Shown piece after piece: positions 30,772 to 42,766 of a stretch of DNA of 64,000 nucleotides. Origin of the DNA: Betaproteobacteria bacterium (GTDB lineage Bacteria; Pseudomonadota; Gammaproteobacteria; Burkholderiales; Casimicrobiaceae); NCBI GenBank assembly GCA_016704895.1, contig JADIZG010000017.1, positions 1,061 through 65,060 on the forward strand. Reading direction: 5' to 3'. A program made the translations under genes and the position numbers. Each line of letters starts with the position of its first letter. The stretch's first letter is position 1. Under the pieces are notes generated by a model that had not been told where the DNA came from, did not search any database, and saw nothing but the letters and a program-made list of their open reading frames with translations.

Positions 30772-30901
30772 GGCGTCGCGGGTCTCGGCGCGGGCGTTCG
30801 TCCTGCTCCCGTATCATTCACTGTCGAACGAGTCTCCGCGGTACAACCGGCATCCGGCCCCGCCCTCCGAAGTCGACTCCGCCGGAAACCCCTGGTTGCC
30901 C

Positions 30902-33900
30902 ATGCCCAAGTCACGAATCGCCCCCTCTCCCTCGTTGCCGATCGCGGTCATCGGCATGGCGCTGCGCGTCCCCGGGGCGTCCTCCACGCAGCGGTTCTGG
31001 CGGAACCTCGTCGAAGGCCGCGACTGCCTCACCCGTCCCACTGCCGACGCGCTTCGCCAGGCGGGAATCGGACAGGAGAGGCTTTCCCATCCGGACTTCG
31101 TCCGGGCCTTGCCGATCCTCGACGACGTCGAGCATTTCGACGCCGACTTCTTCGACATGTCGGCATTGGAGGCCGAGGTCACCGACCCCGCGCAGCGCCT
31201 GTTCCTCGAGTGCGCCTGGGAAAGTCTCGAGAGCGCCGGCGTGGTGCCCGGGCGGTCGGGGCCCGTCACCGGCGTGTTCGGCGGCTACGAGGGAAACTAC
31301 CGGGAGAAGGTGCTCTCCGGCGTCATCGACCTGCGCCGCGACCCCGGATTGAACCTTCCGGTGCGCATCGGCAACGCGGTGGATTTCCTCACCACGCGGG
31401 TGTCCCACAAGCTCGATCTGACCGGACCCAGCTTCGGGGTGATGGCGGCCTGCGCGACCTCGCTGATGGCCGTCGACCTCGCGGTCCAGAGCCTGCGGCG
31501 CGGCGAATGCGAGGTTGCGCTGGCCGGGGGGGTCACGGTCAGCCTGCCCCGGCTCGACGGCTACGTCGCCGGAGTCGAGGGCATGCTCTCGGCATCGGGG
31601 CGCCTCCGGCCCTTCGACGCCGCGGCCGACGGCACGATCTTCGGGAGCGGCGTGGGCGTGGTCACGCTGCGTCCGCTCGCCGATGCGCTGGCGGCAGGCA
31701 ATCCGATCCACGGCGTGATCCTGGGGGTGGGCGCGAGCAACGACGGGAACCCGCCGGGCAAGGAGAGCTTCGTCGCGCCGAGCCCGAGGGTCAGATCGCT
31801 GCGATCGAGGCTGCGCTTCGCGATGCGGCGATCGCGCCGGAGACCCTCGGTTACGTGGAAGCCCACGGCACCGGCACGCGGCTCGGGGATCCCGTCGAGA
31901 TCGCGGCGCTGACCGACGTCTTTCGCCGGCACACGGACCGGACCGGCTATTGCTCGCTGGGATCGGTCAAGGCCAACGTCGGGCATCTGCGCTGCGGCGC
32001 GGGCGTCGCCAGCCTGATCAAGGCGTGCCTCGTCCTGTCCCACCGCACGCTGCCGCCGCTCGCGAACTTCGAGCGCGCCAATCCCAGGATCGACTTCGAG
32101 CGCAGCCCCTTCCACGTTCACACCGACGCGCGTCCGTGGCAGGCGGGAACGACCCCGCGGCGCGCGGCGGTGTCCTCGTTCGGCTTCGGAGGGTCCAACG
32201 TCCACGTCGTTCTGGAGGAACACCTGCCGGTGCCGTCCCGGCCCTCCGCGCGGCGTACCCACCTGCTCGTTGTGTCGGCTCGCACGGAGGCGGCGCTGGC
32301 GCGCAGGGTCGCGGAGCTTGGCGCGCACCTCGAAGAGCACCCGGCGCTTCCCGCTGCGGATGTCGCCCACACGCTGCAACGGGGACGGCGCGCGTTCCGC
32401 ACCGCGCCTGCTTCCTCGCCGACGGCGAGCGGATCCCGCCCCGGACGCTGGACGTCCGCCGTCCGCTGGCGTCCGGCGTCGCGCCCGCGCGCGCGGCGTC
32501 GCCGGTCTTCGTCTTCCCGGGCCAGGGGGCACAGCGGGTTGGCGCAGGGCGCGAGCTCTACGCGCGCGAGGCGCTGTTCCGGGATCTGGTCGACGAGTGT
32601 GCGGAAGCGCTCGCGCCCGAACTGGGCGTCGACGTTCGCGCGCTGCTGGGATACGTCGCGGGACGCGACGACGCGGACGCCGCCGAGATCCTGAGGCGCA
32701 CCGCCAACGCCCAGCCCTCGCTGTTCGTGGTCGGGTACGCGACCGCGCGCCTCTTCATGTCCTGGGGCTTGAGGCCCGCGGCGATGCTGGGGCACTCGCT
32801 GGGCGAGCTCGTCGCTGCCTGTCTCGCCGACGTCTTCTCGCTCGCCGACGGCTTGAAGCTGGTGGCCGCCCGTGCCCGCCTGATGCAGGAGTGCGAGGCG
32901 GGATCCATGGCTGCGGTCCTCCTGCCGGAAGGCGCCCTCGCGTCCCGGCTTCCGCCATCCCTCGAGATCGCCGCCGTCAACGCTCCATCGATCTCGGTAG
33001 TGTCGGGTCCCGTCGAGGCCGTCGCGCGGTTCTGCGAGTCGCTGGAACGGGAGGGTGTCGGGACGCAGCGCATCGCGACGTCGCACGCGTTCCACTCGCG
33101 GATGATGGAACCCGCGCTGCCCGGGTTCGCGCGCGTGCTCGCCGGCGTCGCGCTCCACGCCCCCCGGATCCCGGTGATCTCGAACGCCACCGGCGTTCCC
33201 CTTCGTCCCGACCAGGCGACGGATCCGCGCTACTGGGTCGACCACGTCCGGCACCCGGTCCGCTTCTCGGCCGGCGTCGAGCATCTCCTTTCGCTCGACA
33301 ACCCGGCCTTCGTCGACATGGGACCCGGTTCGACGTTGAGCGACCTGATCCGCCGTCACGATCCGGCGGCCCGCGTCTTTCCTGTCCTCGCGCCTTCGGC
33401 GTCCGGCAACGACGAGGCAACGATCGCCCGCGCCGCGCTCGGCGGCCTCTGGTGCGCGGGAGTGGAGGTCGACTGGGGCGCGGCCGAGGCCGGCGAACGG
33501 CGCCAGTTGCTGTCGCTGCCGACCTATCCGTTCCAGCGCACGCGCCATTGGCGCGACGACGAATCGGGCCCGCCTGCCGATCCCCGGAAGATGCTGTACG
33601 AGCGGGGCTTCCGCGAATCGCCCCTCGCGGCCGACGCGACGCTCGACGTCGCGCGCCCGTGGGTGATCCTCGGCGCGGACCGGGGGCTGGCTGGCGCGCT
33701 ACGCGAACGGCTCGAAGCCGCGGGAGCGCGCGTCACGACGCTCGTCCCCGGCGACGCGTTCGCGTGCGCGGGCGAGAACCGGTTCGACGTCCGGCCGGAT
33801 TCGCGGGAGGACCTGGGCGCGGCCCTCGCGGCCAGCGTTGCGACCGGAGGCGGGCGCGCCATTCGCGTGCTCCACCTGGGATCGGTGACAGGGTCGTCGG

Positions 33901-36900
33901 GTCCGCACAACAGCGCGCAGGCCTTCGAGGATGCGGCCCGGACCGGGTTTTTCTCCCTCGTGGCGCTGACCCAGGCCGCCTACGATCGGAATCTCGACGA
34001 CGGACTCGAGGTCACGGTGGTCGCCGACGGATTGGCGCAGCTGGAAGGCGAGACGAACGTGCGCTTCGCCGAAAAGGCAGCGGTGCTGGGCGCCTGCCGC
34101 GACATCCCGCTGGAGTTGCCGGGCGTACGCGTGCGGGTCGTCGACGTTCCATGCTTCGACGCGGCTGGGGTCCCCGCCTGGTTGCCCGACGCCCTGCTCC
34201 GCGAGGCGGGCGCGGACGATGCGCCTGCCCTGGCTTGCCTCCGGCCCGCAGCCCGGTACGTCGAGCAGCTCTATGCGCTGCCGGCGATTCCGGAGTCGAG
34301 CCCCAGATTGCGCGAGGGCGGCGTGGTGATGATCACCGGCGGGACCGGCGGCCTGGGACTGCTGTTCGCGGGGGCGCTCTTCGACCTGTGTCGTGCGCGT
34401 CTCGCGCTCACCGCGCGATGGACGCCTCCACCGGAGGAAACGTGGCCCGAGCGGGCGCGGCAGGACGACAGGATCGGCCGGTCCCTTGCCGGCGTACTCG
34501 ACCTCAAGGCCCGCGGAGCGGAAGTCCTGATCGTGACGGCCGACGTGTCCGATCGCGACCAGGTGGCGCGTGCACTCGACGCGACCCGAGCCCGCTACGG
34601 CGGCCTCCACGGCGTCGTCCACGCGGCAGGGGCGCTGCAGCCGACCCCCGTGATCGACAAGACGCGGGAGGGCGCTGCGCGCGTGTTCGGCCCCAAGGTC
34701 CACGGCGCGTTCCACCTCGACGAGCTGCTCGCCGACGAGCCCCTCGACGTGTTCCTGCACGTCTCGTCGCAGGCGTCCCAGTTCCCCGGTCCCGGGCAGG
34801 TCGACTACGCGGCCGCCAACGCGGTGCTCGACGTCCTCGCGCAGAATCGCGCCGTGCGTCACGGCGGCCTCTCGTGCGCCACGGGGTGGGGCGCGTGGCA
34901 GGAAGCGGGCCTCGCGGCGGATCGCGTTCGGCAGACGCTGCAAGCCGACGCCGCACGCGCGGTTGCACGCGGCAAGCGCCCGCCGGACGAGGACTCGACG
35001 CCCATCGATCATCCGATCTTCCGGTCCCGGGCGCGCGCTCCGGGCGGCGACCTCGTGTACCGGGGTGTGCTCCGTTCGGGTTTCTGGCTGGTGGACGACC
35101 ATCTGCTCGACGGCAGGCCGCTCCTCAGCGGCACGACGACGCTGCAACTTGCCCGGACCGCGTTCCTCGACCACTCGACCGACGTCGGCGCGGTCGAGCT
35201 CTCCCGCGTTGCGTTCCTGCGCCCGCTCTTCGTGGCGGAGGGCGGGATGGAGATCGAGCTTCGCTTCAGTCGCTCCCGCGACGACGAGGCCTTCACGCTG
35301 CGCTCGCGCGCCGCGACCTCGCAGGGCGAGTGGCAGGTCAATTCGACTGGGTACGTTCGCAGGACTGCGGCGTCCCCCCGGCCGGTCCCGCGCGTTCCGC
35401 CGGTTCACCGATGGCAGGAGGCCGCCACTCGCAGGGTCTTTGGCGGCGCCCGCCTGACCGGCGGCCCTCGGTGGCAATGGCCGCGCCTCGAGCTCGAGCA
35501 CGAGGGTCGCGTCTGGGATCGGATGACGCTTCCGACGGCGTTCGCCGCCGACGTCGTGGCGTTCGATCTGCACCCGGCGCTCCTGGACGTTGCCACGATG
35601 GGCGCCGCGCGAACGCTGCGGACCGAGTCGGTGCCCCACACCTACGATTGCATCCGCATCTTCGCGGGGCTCATCCCGGACGTGCTCGCGCTTGCCGTCG
35701 AGCGCGATGCGGGGACGTCCACCGCCACGGACATCACGATCACCGACCTCGACGGCAGGACGCTGCTCGAGATCGAGGGGTACGTGATGCGTCCGATCGA
35801 GGGCTCGAGCCTCGCGCAGGAGCCGGGAGCGCGCAGTCCCGGCGACGCGCCCTCCGACCCCGGCTCCGGTCCGCGCAGGGTGGTCGTCGGCGAGGTCGGC
35901 AGCCTGGATTCGCTGCGCGTCGAAGCGTTCGCGCCGCGGAACCCGGGGCATGGCGAGGTTCGGATCGACGTCCACGCCACCGGACTCAACTTCCGCGACG
36001 TCCTCTCGGCGCTCGGCCAGATGCCGGGCGTCGGGTCCGGCCCTCCGGTGCCCGGCGGCGAGTGCAGCGGCATCGTCCGCGCCGTGGGACCCGGGGTGCG
36101 CCACCTCGCGCCCGGAGACGCAGTCGTGGCCATCGCCCGCGGATGCCTGGGCACCGACGTCACCACTGCGGCCCACGCCGTGGCGCGCATGCCCGGGAAC
36201 CTCGACTTCAACCGCGCCGCCGGACTGCCCATCGTCTTCCTCACCGCGCAGTACGCACTCGAGACGCTCGCGCACGTCGCGCGCGGGGAACGGGTCCTGA
36301 TCCACGCGGCGGCCGGCGGCGTGGGCCTGGCGGCCATCCAGATCGCCAAGTTCCTCGGCGCAGAGATCTACGCCACTGCCGGTCACCCGGAAAAGCGCGA
36401 ATACCTGCACTCGCTCGGCATCGAGCACGTCTTCGACTCGCGTTCGCTCAGCTTCGTCGACGGCATCCGCGACGCCACTGCCGGGCAGGGCGTCGACGTC
36501 GTGCTCAACTCGCTCGCCGGCGAGTTCATCCCCGCGAGCCTGGGGCTGCTGCGGCCGCAGGGGCGCTTCATCGAGATCGGCAAGCGCGACCTGCTGGCTG
36601 ACACGCCGCTGCACCTCGCGCCGTTCCTGCGCAACCTCACGTTCTCGGCGTTCGACCTGGGCCAGATCGTCGATGCGCAGCATCCGATGCTGCCGGCCAT
36701 GTTCGACGCGCTGCTCGATCGCTTCGCGCGCGGGGAGCTTCGCGCACTGCCTACCGGCGTGGTGCCGTTCGCGCGTGCCGACGAGGGCTTCCGTCGCATG
36801 GCGCGCGCGCAGCACATCGGCAAGATCGTGTTCGAGGTGCGGGCGGACACGAGCGAGCGCGGCGCCGTCGCCCGCGCGTTCGAGGAGACCTACGGGACGG

Positions 36901-37334
36901 GCGTTTCCGTCGAATGGGGGCTCGACGTGTTCCGCCGCATCCTCACGTGGAGCGAGGCGCCGGCCTACCTGCTGGCGATGGGCTCGGCCGTCGAGGGTGT
37001 GGGCACCTACGCGACGCGGCCCCGGAACGTGGCCGGCGGGGGGCGGGGCCGGGATTCCCTGCAGACCGCGTACCGGGCGCCGGAAACGGCCGTCGAGAAG
37101 GCGCTCGCGCTGTTGTGGGAGAAGACGCTGGGCATCCAGCCGATCGGCATCGACGACGACTTCATCGAGCTCGGCGGGGACTCGATCGAGGCGATCCAGG
37201 TCCAGCACGCCATCCACCGCGATTTCGACCTGCGCGTCAAGAACACGGAGTTCCTGGCCGAGCCCACGATCGCGGCGCTCGCGGCGCTGATCGCTGCTCG
37301 TGCCGAGGGCGACGCTGCGACGAGGCCTGCATGA
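30902..37334 (+). CDS. type I polyketide synthase, single fully reducing module KS-AT-KR-DH-ER-ACP (2 frameshifts as given)
   Basis: ATG 30902 gives MPKSRIAPSPSLPIAVIGMALRVPGAS. KS: AACATSL, EAHGTGT, NVGH (tracks 30422..31912 and 31210..32694). AT: FPGQGAQ, GHSLGE, AFHS. KR: ITGGTGGLG .. YAAANA. DH: HPIF .. LVDDHLLDGRPLLSG. ER: LNFRDV .. AAGGVGLAA. ACP: LGGDSIE (track 31950..37334). Switches lie near 31787 and 32400. Confidence 0.8.
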
Positions 37335-37410
37335 GCCTGGCGATGCAGAGGCGATCGCGAAAACGCTGCGCATGCCTGCCGCCACGGCCGGCAGGCCAGG
37401 GCGGAGGGCG

Positions 37411-38168
37411 ATGAAGGCGCCTGACGACGCCTGCGCCACGCTTCTGCACGCTCGTCGCAGCCGGGACGGGTGCGCCCCTCTACCTCGTGCCGTCGGTCGG
37501 CTCCACGCCACTGTCGCTGATGCGGCTGGCGAGGGCGATCGATCCCCGGCGCCCGGTCCGTTCGTTCGCCTACGCCGGCCTCGAGGACGACGCGGCGCCC
37601 CACCGCACGCTTGAGTCCATGGCGGCAGCCTGCGTCGAGGAACTGCTCGCGGCGTCGCCGGAGGGTCCGTACCTGCTCGGCGGGCATTGCCTCGGCGGAA
37701 CGGTCGCGCTCGAGATCGCGCTGCAACTGGAGGCGCGAGGTCGCAACGTGGCGCGACTCGTGGTCCTCGATTCCATCGCGCCGTTGATCGAGGGCACGCA
37801 TCGGGCGTCCGTCGGCCCGGACGCCTTCGGGTCGCGAGCCGCAGCCGCCGAGAGCAGCTTTCGCCGGGCGATCGAGGAGATCGTCAGCCGCACGATCGGC
37901 GCCTATCCGGTCATCGGCCCCGATGCGTTCCGCCGGTTGGGCGCCCTGCTCAAGCTGCACATCGAGGCGGGCGTCGCCTATCGCGCCCGCCCGCTCCGTG
38001 CGCGAACCTGCGTGCTGCGCACCGCGGGGTGTGGCGACGCCGTGCTGGACGGGTGGTCGAGCGTCGCGCCGGGTCGTCCCGGGCGACACGTTCTCGATGC
38101 TGCGCTTGCCGCACGTCGAGACCGTCGGGCGCATCCTGGGTCGGCTGCTCGTGGATGCCGTGCAATGA
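37411..38168 (+). CDS. stand-alone type II-like thioesterase with Cys at the nucleophile position (2 frameshifts as given)
   Basis: ATG 37411 (MKAPDDA..), then the frame of track ORF 37487 (APLYLVPSVGSTPLSLMRLA..PYLLGGHCLGGTVALEIA), then track 37923..38168 ([31 protein letters not shown], stop 38168). It is a paralogue of the TE in the NRPS. Confidence 0.6.
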
Positions 38169-38649
38169 CGTCACCAGCGACGCCCGTTCCCGGAGAGCCT
38201 CCGAACGCGCCAGGCGACGCGACCGACGGCCGCGACACGTCGTCCCCGCCTCCGCCGGCGCCGCGGGCGCTCCCCACCGCGTACGTCGCGCCGCGCAACG
38301 AGCTCGAGGCGCAACTGGCGCAGCTTTGGGAGAGCGTGCTGGCGGTCGTGCCGATCGGGATGGACGACGACTTCTTCGACCTGGGCGGCGAGTCGCTCCA
38401 CGCGTTCGCGTTGATCTCGCGCGTGCAGCGCGACCACGGCGTGACGCTGTCGCCCAGGGACCTGTTCGCGTGCTCCAGCGTGGGGGCGATGGCGGTCGTG
38501 GTCGGCGAGCGCCGGCAGCGCGCAGACCCCGCGGCGCGGCGGCGCGCGGCGCGCCGGCCGCAGGTCGCGCCGCGCGCCGCGCGAAGCCTCACGCGCGTCA
38601 AGGACTTGCCGCGGCATGCGTGCGGCCCCTCTGTTGCGCTGCGGTATGA
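38165..38649 (+). CDS. stand-alone peptidyl/acyl carrier protein (3' end uncertain)
   Basis: ATG 38165 overlaps the TE stop (ATGA). [46 protein letters not shown] is the carrier-protein core. As given this frame has no stop until 42514. The only nearby stop (38647-38649) is in another frame. Confidence 0.5.
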
Positions 38650-38660
38650 TCGGTGCCGTC

Positions 38661-41600
38661 ATGAATGCCGTGGCCGAACCGGTCGTTTCCGTCGGTGCCG
38701 ATGCAGGCGTCGACGCGCCGCGCCTGCGCGAGATCCCGTACAACTACACGTCGTTCTCGGACCGCGAGATCGTCATCCGGCTGCTGGGCGCGGACGAATG
38801 GACGCTGCTCGACGAGCTGCGCGGCGAGCGGCGCACCGGGCGCTCGGCGCGGATGCTCTTCGAGGTGCTGGGCGACATCTGGGTCGTCGAGCGCAATCCG
38901 TACCTGCAGGACGACCTCACCGACAACCCGAAGCGACAGGCGCTGATCGTCGAGGCGCTGCGCCACCGGATCGCCGAGATCGAGAAGCGGCGGCAGGCGC
39001 AGTCGGGCGCCGACCCCGACCGCGACGCGAAGGTCGCGCGCCTGGTCGCGTCGGCATCGCGCGCGATCGACCGCTTCGAGGCGTCGTTCCCCGAAACGGC
39101 CGCCCTGCGCAAGCGCACGCGACGCGTGCTCGGCCGCCACACGCACCGCGACAACATCGCGTTCGACGGGCTCGCGCGCGTCTCGCACGTGACCGACGCG
39201 ACCGACTGGCGCGTCGAGTACCCGTTCGTCGTGCTCTACCCCGACACCGAGGACGAGGTGCGGGGGCTGGTGGAAGGCTGCATCGAGCTCGGGCTGACGA
39301 TCGTGCCGCGCGGCGGCGGCACCGGTTACACCGGCGGCGCCTGCCCGCTCACGCCGCGCGCGGCCGTGATCAACACCGAGAAGCTCGAGCGGCTCTCGGG
39401 AGTCGAGCGCATCGCGATTCCCGGACGCGCGGAACCGGTGACGACGATCGACGCGGGCGCGGGCGTGGTCACCCGGCGCGTGATGGAAGCGGCGGAACGC
39501 GAGGGCCTCGTGTTCGCGGTGGATCCGACGTCGGCGGACGCGTCGTGCATCGGCGGCAACGTCGCGATGAACGCGGGCGGCAAGAAGGCGGTGCTGTGGG
39601 GCACGGCGGTCGACAACCTGCTGTCGTGGCGGATGGTGACGCCCGACGCCGAGTGGATCGAGGTCGAGCGGCAGGACCACAACCTCGGCAAGATCCACGA
39701 TGCGCCGGTCGCGACGTTCGCGGTGCGCCGGCTCGCGCGCGACGGCACGTCGGTGATCTCGACCGAGACGATTCGCGTGCCGGGCGCGCGCTTCCGCAAG
39801 GAAGGGCTCGGCAAGGACGTGACCGACAAGTTCCTCGAGGGGCTGCCGGGCGTCCAGAAGGAAGGCTGCGACGGGATCATCACGAGCGCGCGCTTCGTGC
39901 TGCACCGGATGCCGCCCGCGGTCCGCACCGTGTGCCTGGAGTTCTTCGGCCAGGTGCGCGACAGCGTGCCGTCGATCGTCGAGATCAAGCGCTACCTCGA
40001 CCAGGGCCCGGCGGCGCGATCCTCGCGGGCCTCGAGCACCTCGACGAGCGCTACGTGAAGGCGGTCGGCTACGCGACCAAGGCGAAGCGCCACGGCCGGC
40101 CGAAGATGGTGCTGATCGGCGACATCGTCGGCGAGTCCGACGACGCGGTCGCCCGCGCCGCGAGCGAGGTCGTGCGCATGGCGGCCGCCCGGGGCGCCGA
40201 GGGCTTCGTCGCGGTGTCGGCCGAGAGCCGCAGGAAATTCTGGCTCGACCGCGCGCGCACGGCCGCGATCGCGAAGCACACGAACGCGTTCAAGATCAAC
40301 GAGGACGTCGTCATCCCGCTCGAGCGGCTCGGCGACTATTCCGACGGCGTCGAGCGCATCAACATCGAGCTGTCGATCGGCAACAAGCTGAAGCTCGCCG
40401 ACGCGCTCGCGGCGCTGTTCGCGCGCCCCGATGCGCTGCACCTGTGGGGTCCGGACGACGAAGTGCGTCCGCCGCAGGAGCAGGTCGACGAGCGCTTCGA
40501 GGAGGCGCGCGGGATCGTCGCCGCGGTGCGCTCGCGCTGGCAGGACCTGCTCGACCGGATCGACGAGACGTTCCCGGCCCTGCAGAGCCACGCGAGCGTC
40601 GTGTCGTGGAAGGCCGAGCTGCGCGCGCCGCTCGAGGACCTGTTCGACGGCCGGGCGTTCGCGCCCGTGCTCGCGGCGATCGGCGAGACGCACGCGCGCG
40701 TGCTGCGGAGCCGCGTCTTCGTCGCGCTGCACATGCACGCGGGCGACGGCAACGTGCACACGAACCTGCCGGTCAACTCGGACGACTACGGGATGCTGCG
40801 AGAGGCGACCGCGGCGGTCTCGCGCATCATGGCGCTCGCGAGGAGCCTCGACGGCGTCGTGTCGGGCGAGCACGGCATCGGCATCACCAAGCTCGAGTAC
40901 CTGACCGACGCGGAGCTCGCGCCGTTCGCCGACTACAAGCGGCGCGTCGACCCGCACGGGCGCTTCAACGCCGGCAAGCTGCTGCGCGATCCCGCGTGTC
41001 CGGCCGACCTCACGAACGCGTACACGCCGTCGTTCTCGCTGATCGGCGCCGAGAGCCTGATCCTCGAGGCGTCCGAGATCGGGAGGATCGCCGACTCGGT
41101 CAAGGACTGCCTGCGCTGCGGCAAGTGCAAGCCGGTGTGCTCGACGCACGTGCCGCGCGCGAACCTGCTCTACAGCCCGCGCAACAAGATCCTGGCGACG
41201 TCGCTGCTGATCGAGGCGTTCCTCTACGAGGAGCAGACGCGGCGCGGCGTCTCGCTGCGCCATTTCGACGAGTTCTCGGACGTGGCCGACCACTGCACCG
41301 TGTGCCACAAGTGCGAGGCGCCCTGCCCGGTCGACATCGACTTCGGCGACGTGTCGATCGCGATGCGCAACCTGCTGCGGCGCGAGGGCAAGCGCAAGTT
41401 CAGCCCCGGCACCGCGGCGGCGATGGCGTTCCTGACCGTGACCGACCCGTCGACGATCAAGGCGATGCGCGCCGGCATGATCGGGCTCGGCTACCGGGCG
41501 CAGCGCCTCGGCTACCGGATCGCGAAGCGCCTGGGGCTCGCGGGCATCCAGGCGAAGCGCCCGCCGGCGACCGTCGGCAAGCCGTCGCTCAAGGCGCAGG

Positions 41601-42514
41601 TGATCCACTTCGTCAACAAGCCGATGCCGGGCGGCCTGCCCAAGCGCACGTCGCGCGCGCTGCTCGACATCGAGGACGACGCGATCGTGCCGATCATCCG
41701 CGACCCGGCGAAGGTCACCGACGATGCCGACGCGGTGTTCTACTTCCCGGGCTGCGGCTCGGAGCGGCTGTTCTCGCAGGTCGGGCTCGCGACGCAGGCG
41801 ATGCTCTACCACCTGGGCGTGCAGACCGTGCTTCCGCCGGGCTACCTGTGCTGCGGCTATCCGCAGAGCGCCTCGGGCGACCACGGCAAGGGGCAGGCGA
41901 TCACGACGGCGAACCGCGTGCTGTTCCACCGCGTCGCCAACACGCTGAACTACCTCGACATCAAGACCGTGCTCGTTTCCTGCGGCACGTGCATGGACCA
42001 GCTGCTCAAGTACGAGTTCGGCCGGATCTTCCCGGGATGCCGGCTGCTCGACATCCACGAGTACCTGATGGAGAAGGGCGTGAAGCTCGACGGCGTCGCC
42101 GGCGCGCGCTACATGTACCACGACCCCTGCCACGCGCCGATGAAGACCTACGCGCCGGCCAGGGTCGTCGGGACGCTGATGGGCACGCAGGTGCCGCTCA
42201 ACGAGCGTTGCTGCGGCGAGTCGGGGACGCTCGCGGTGTCGCGGCCCGACGTGTCGACGCAGGTGCGCTTCCGCAAGGAAGAGGAGATGCGCCGCGGCGC
42301 GGACGCGCTGCGTGCCGACGGCCACGGCGGCCCGGTGAAGATCCTCACGTCCTGTCCGTCGTGCCTGCAGGGCCTCGGGCGCTTCTCCGACGACGCGGGT
42401 ACCGAGGCCGACTACGTGGTCGTCGAGATCGCGCGCCACCTGCTCGGCGAGCGCTGGCTCGAGGACTACGTCGCGAAGGCGAACGCGGGCGGAATCGAGC
42501 GGGTGCTGGTCTGA
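38661..42514 (+). CDS. DUF3683 / FAD-linked oxidase / (Fe-S)-binding CCG-domain fusion dehydrogenase, YdiJ-like (one frameshift as given)
   Basis: ATG 38661. [22 protein letters not shown] (DUF3683), FAD-binding PCMH region (track 38616..40058). The rest is in the frame of track 37487..42514 ([35 protein letters not shown], two CCG-type Cys motifs). The switch is near 40006-40016. Confidence 0.8.
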
Positions 42515-42529
42515 ACGCCGCGGCGGGGC

Positions 42530-42766
42530 TCAGCGCATCGAGCTCGACGCCGGCCTGACTGCCGACGCGAAGTGCGGAACCGTCGCGATCACGCGCGGCT
42601 GCATCTCGCGGGCCCAGAGCGTCCCGGCCTCGGGAGGGGCATCGGCGATGATCCACGGCAGCCCGACGCCGAAGGCCAGCGACGCCAGCGCGATGGCGGC
42701 GAGTATCCCGAGCGCGCGACGGATCGGATGCGTCGACGGGGTGTTGTGGGTCGAGGTTGCGTTCAT
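42530..42766 (-). CDS. small single-TM hypothetical protein
   Basis: ATG 42766 within track ORF 42530..42880: MNATSTHNTPSTHPIRRALGILAAIALASLAFGVGLPWII. Confidence 0.35.
   Translation of the reverse strand: MNATSTHNTPSTHPIRRALGILAAIALASLAFGVGLPWIIADAPPEAGTLWAREMQPRVIATVPHFASAVRPASSSMR

Noticed and set aside
37487-42514. A 1675-aa ORF that looks like one giant protein.
   Set aside because: It is a composite. It joins the TE core, a stand-alone PCP (own ATG 38165 overlapping the TE stop in another frame), a stop-free spacer and the C-terminal two-thirds of the dehydrogenase. The dehydrogenase N-terminus is in track ORF 38616..40058.
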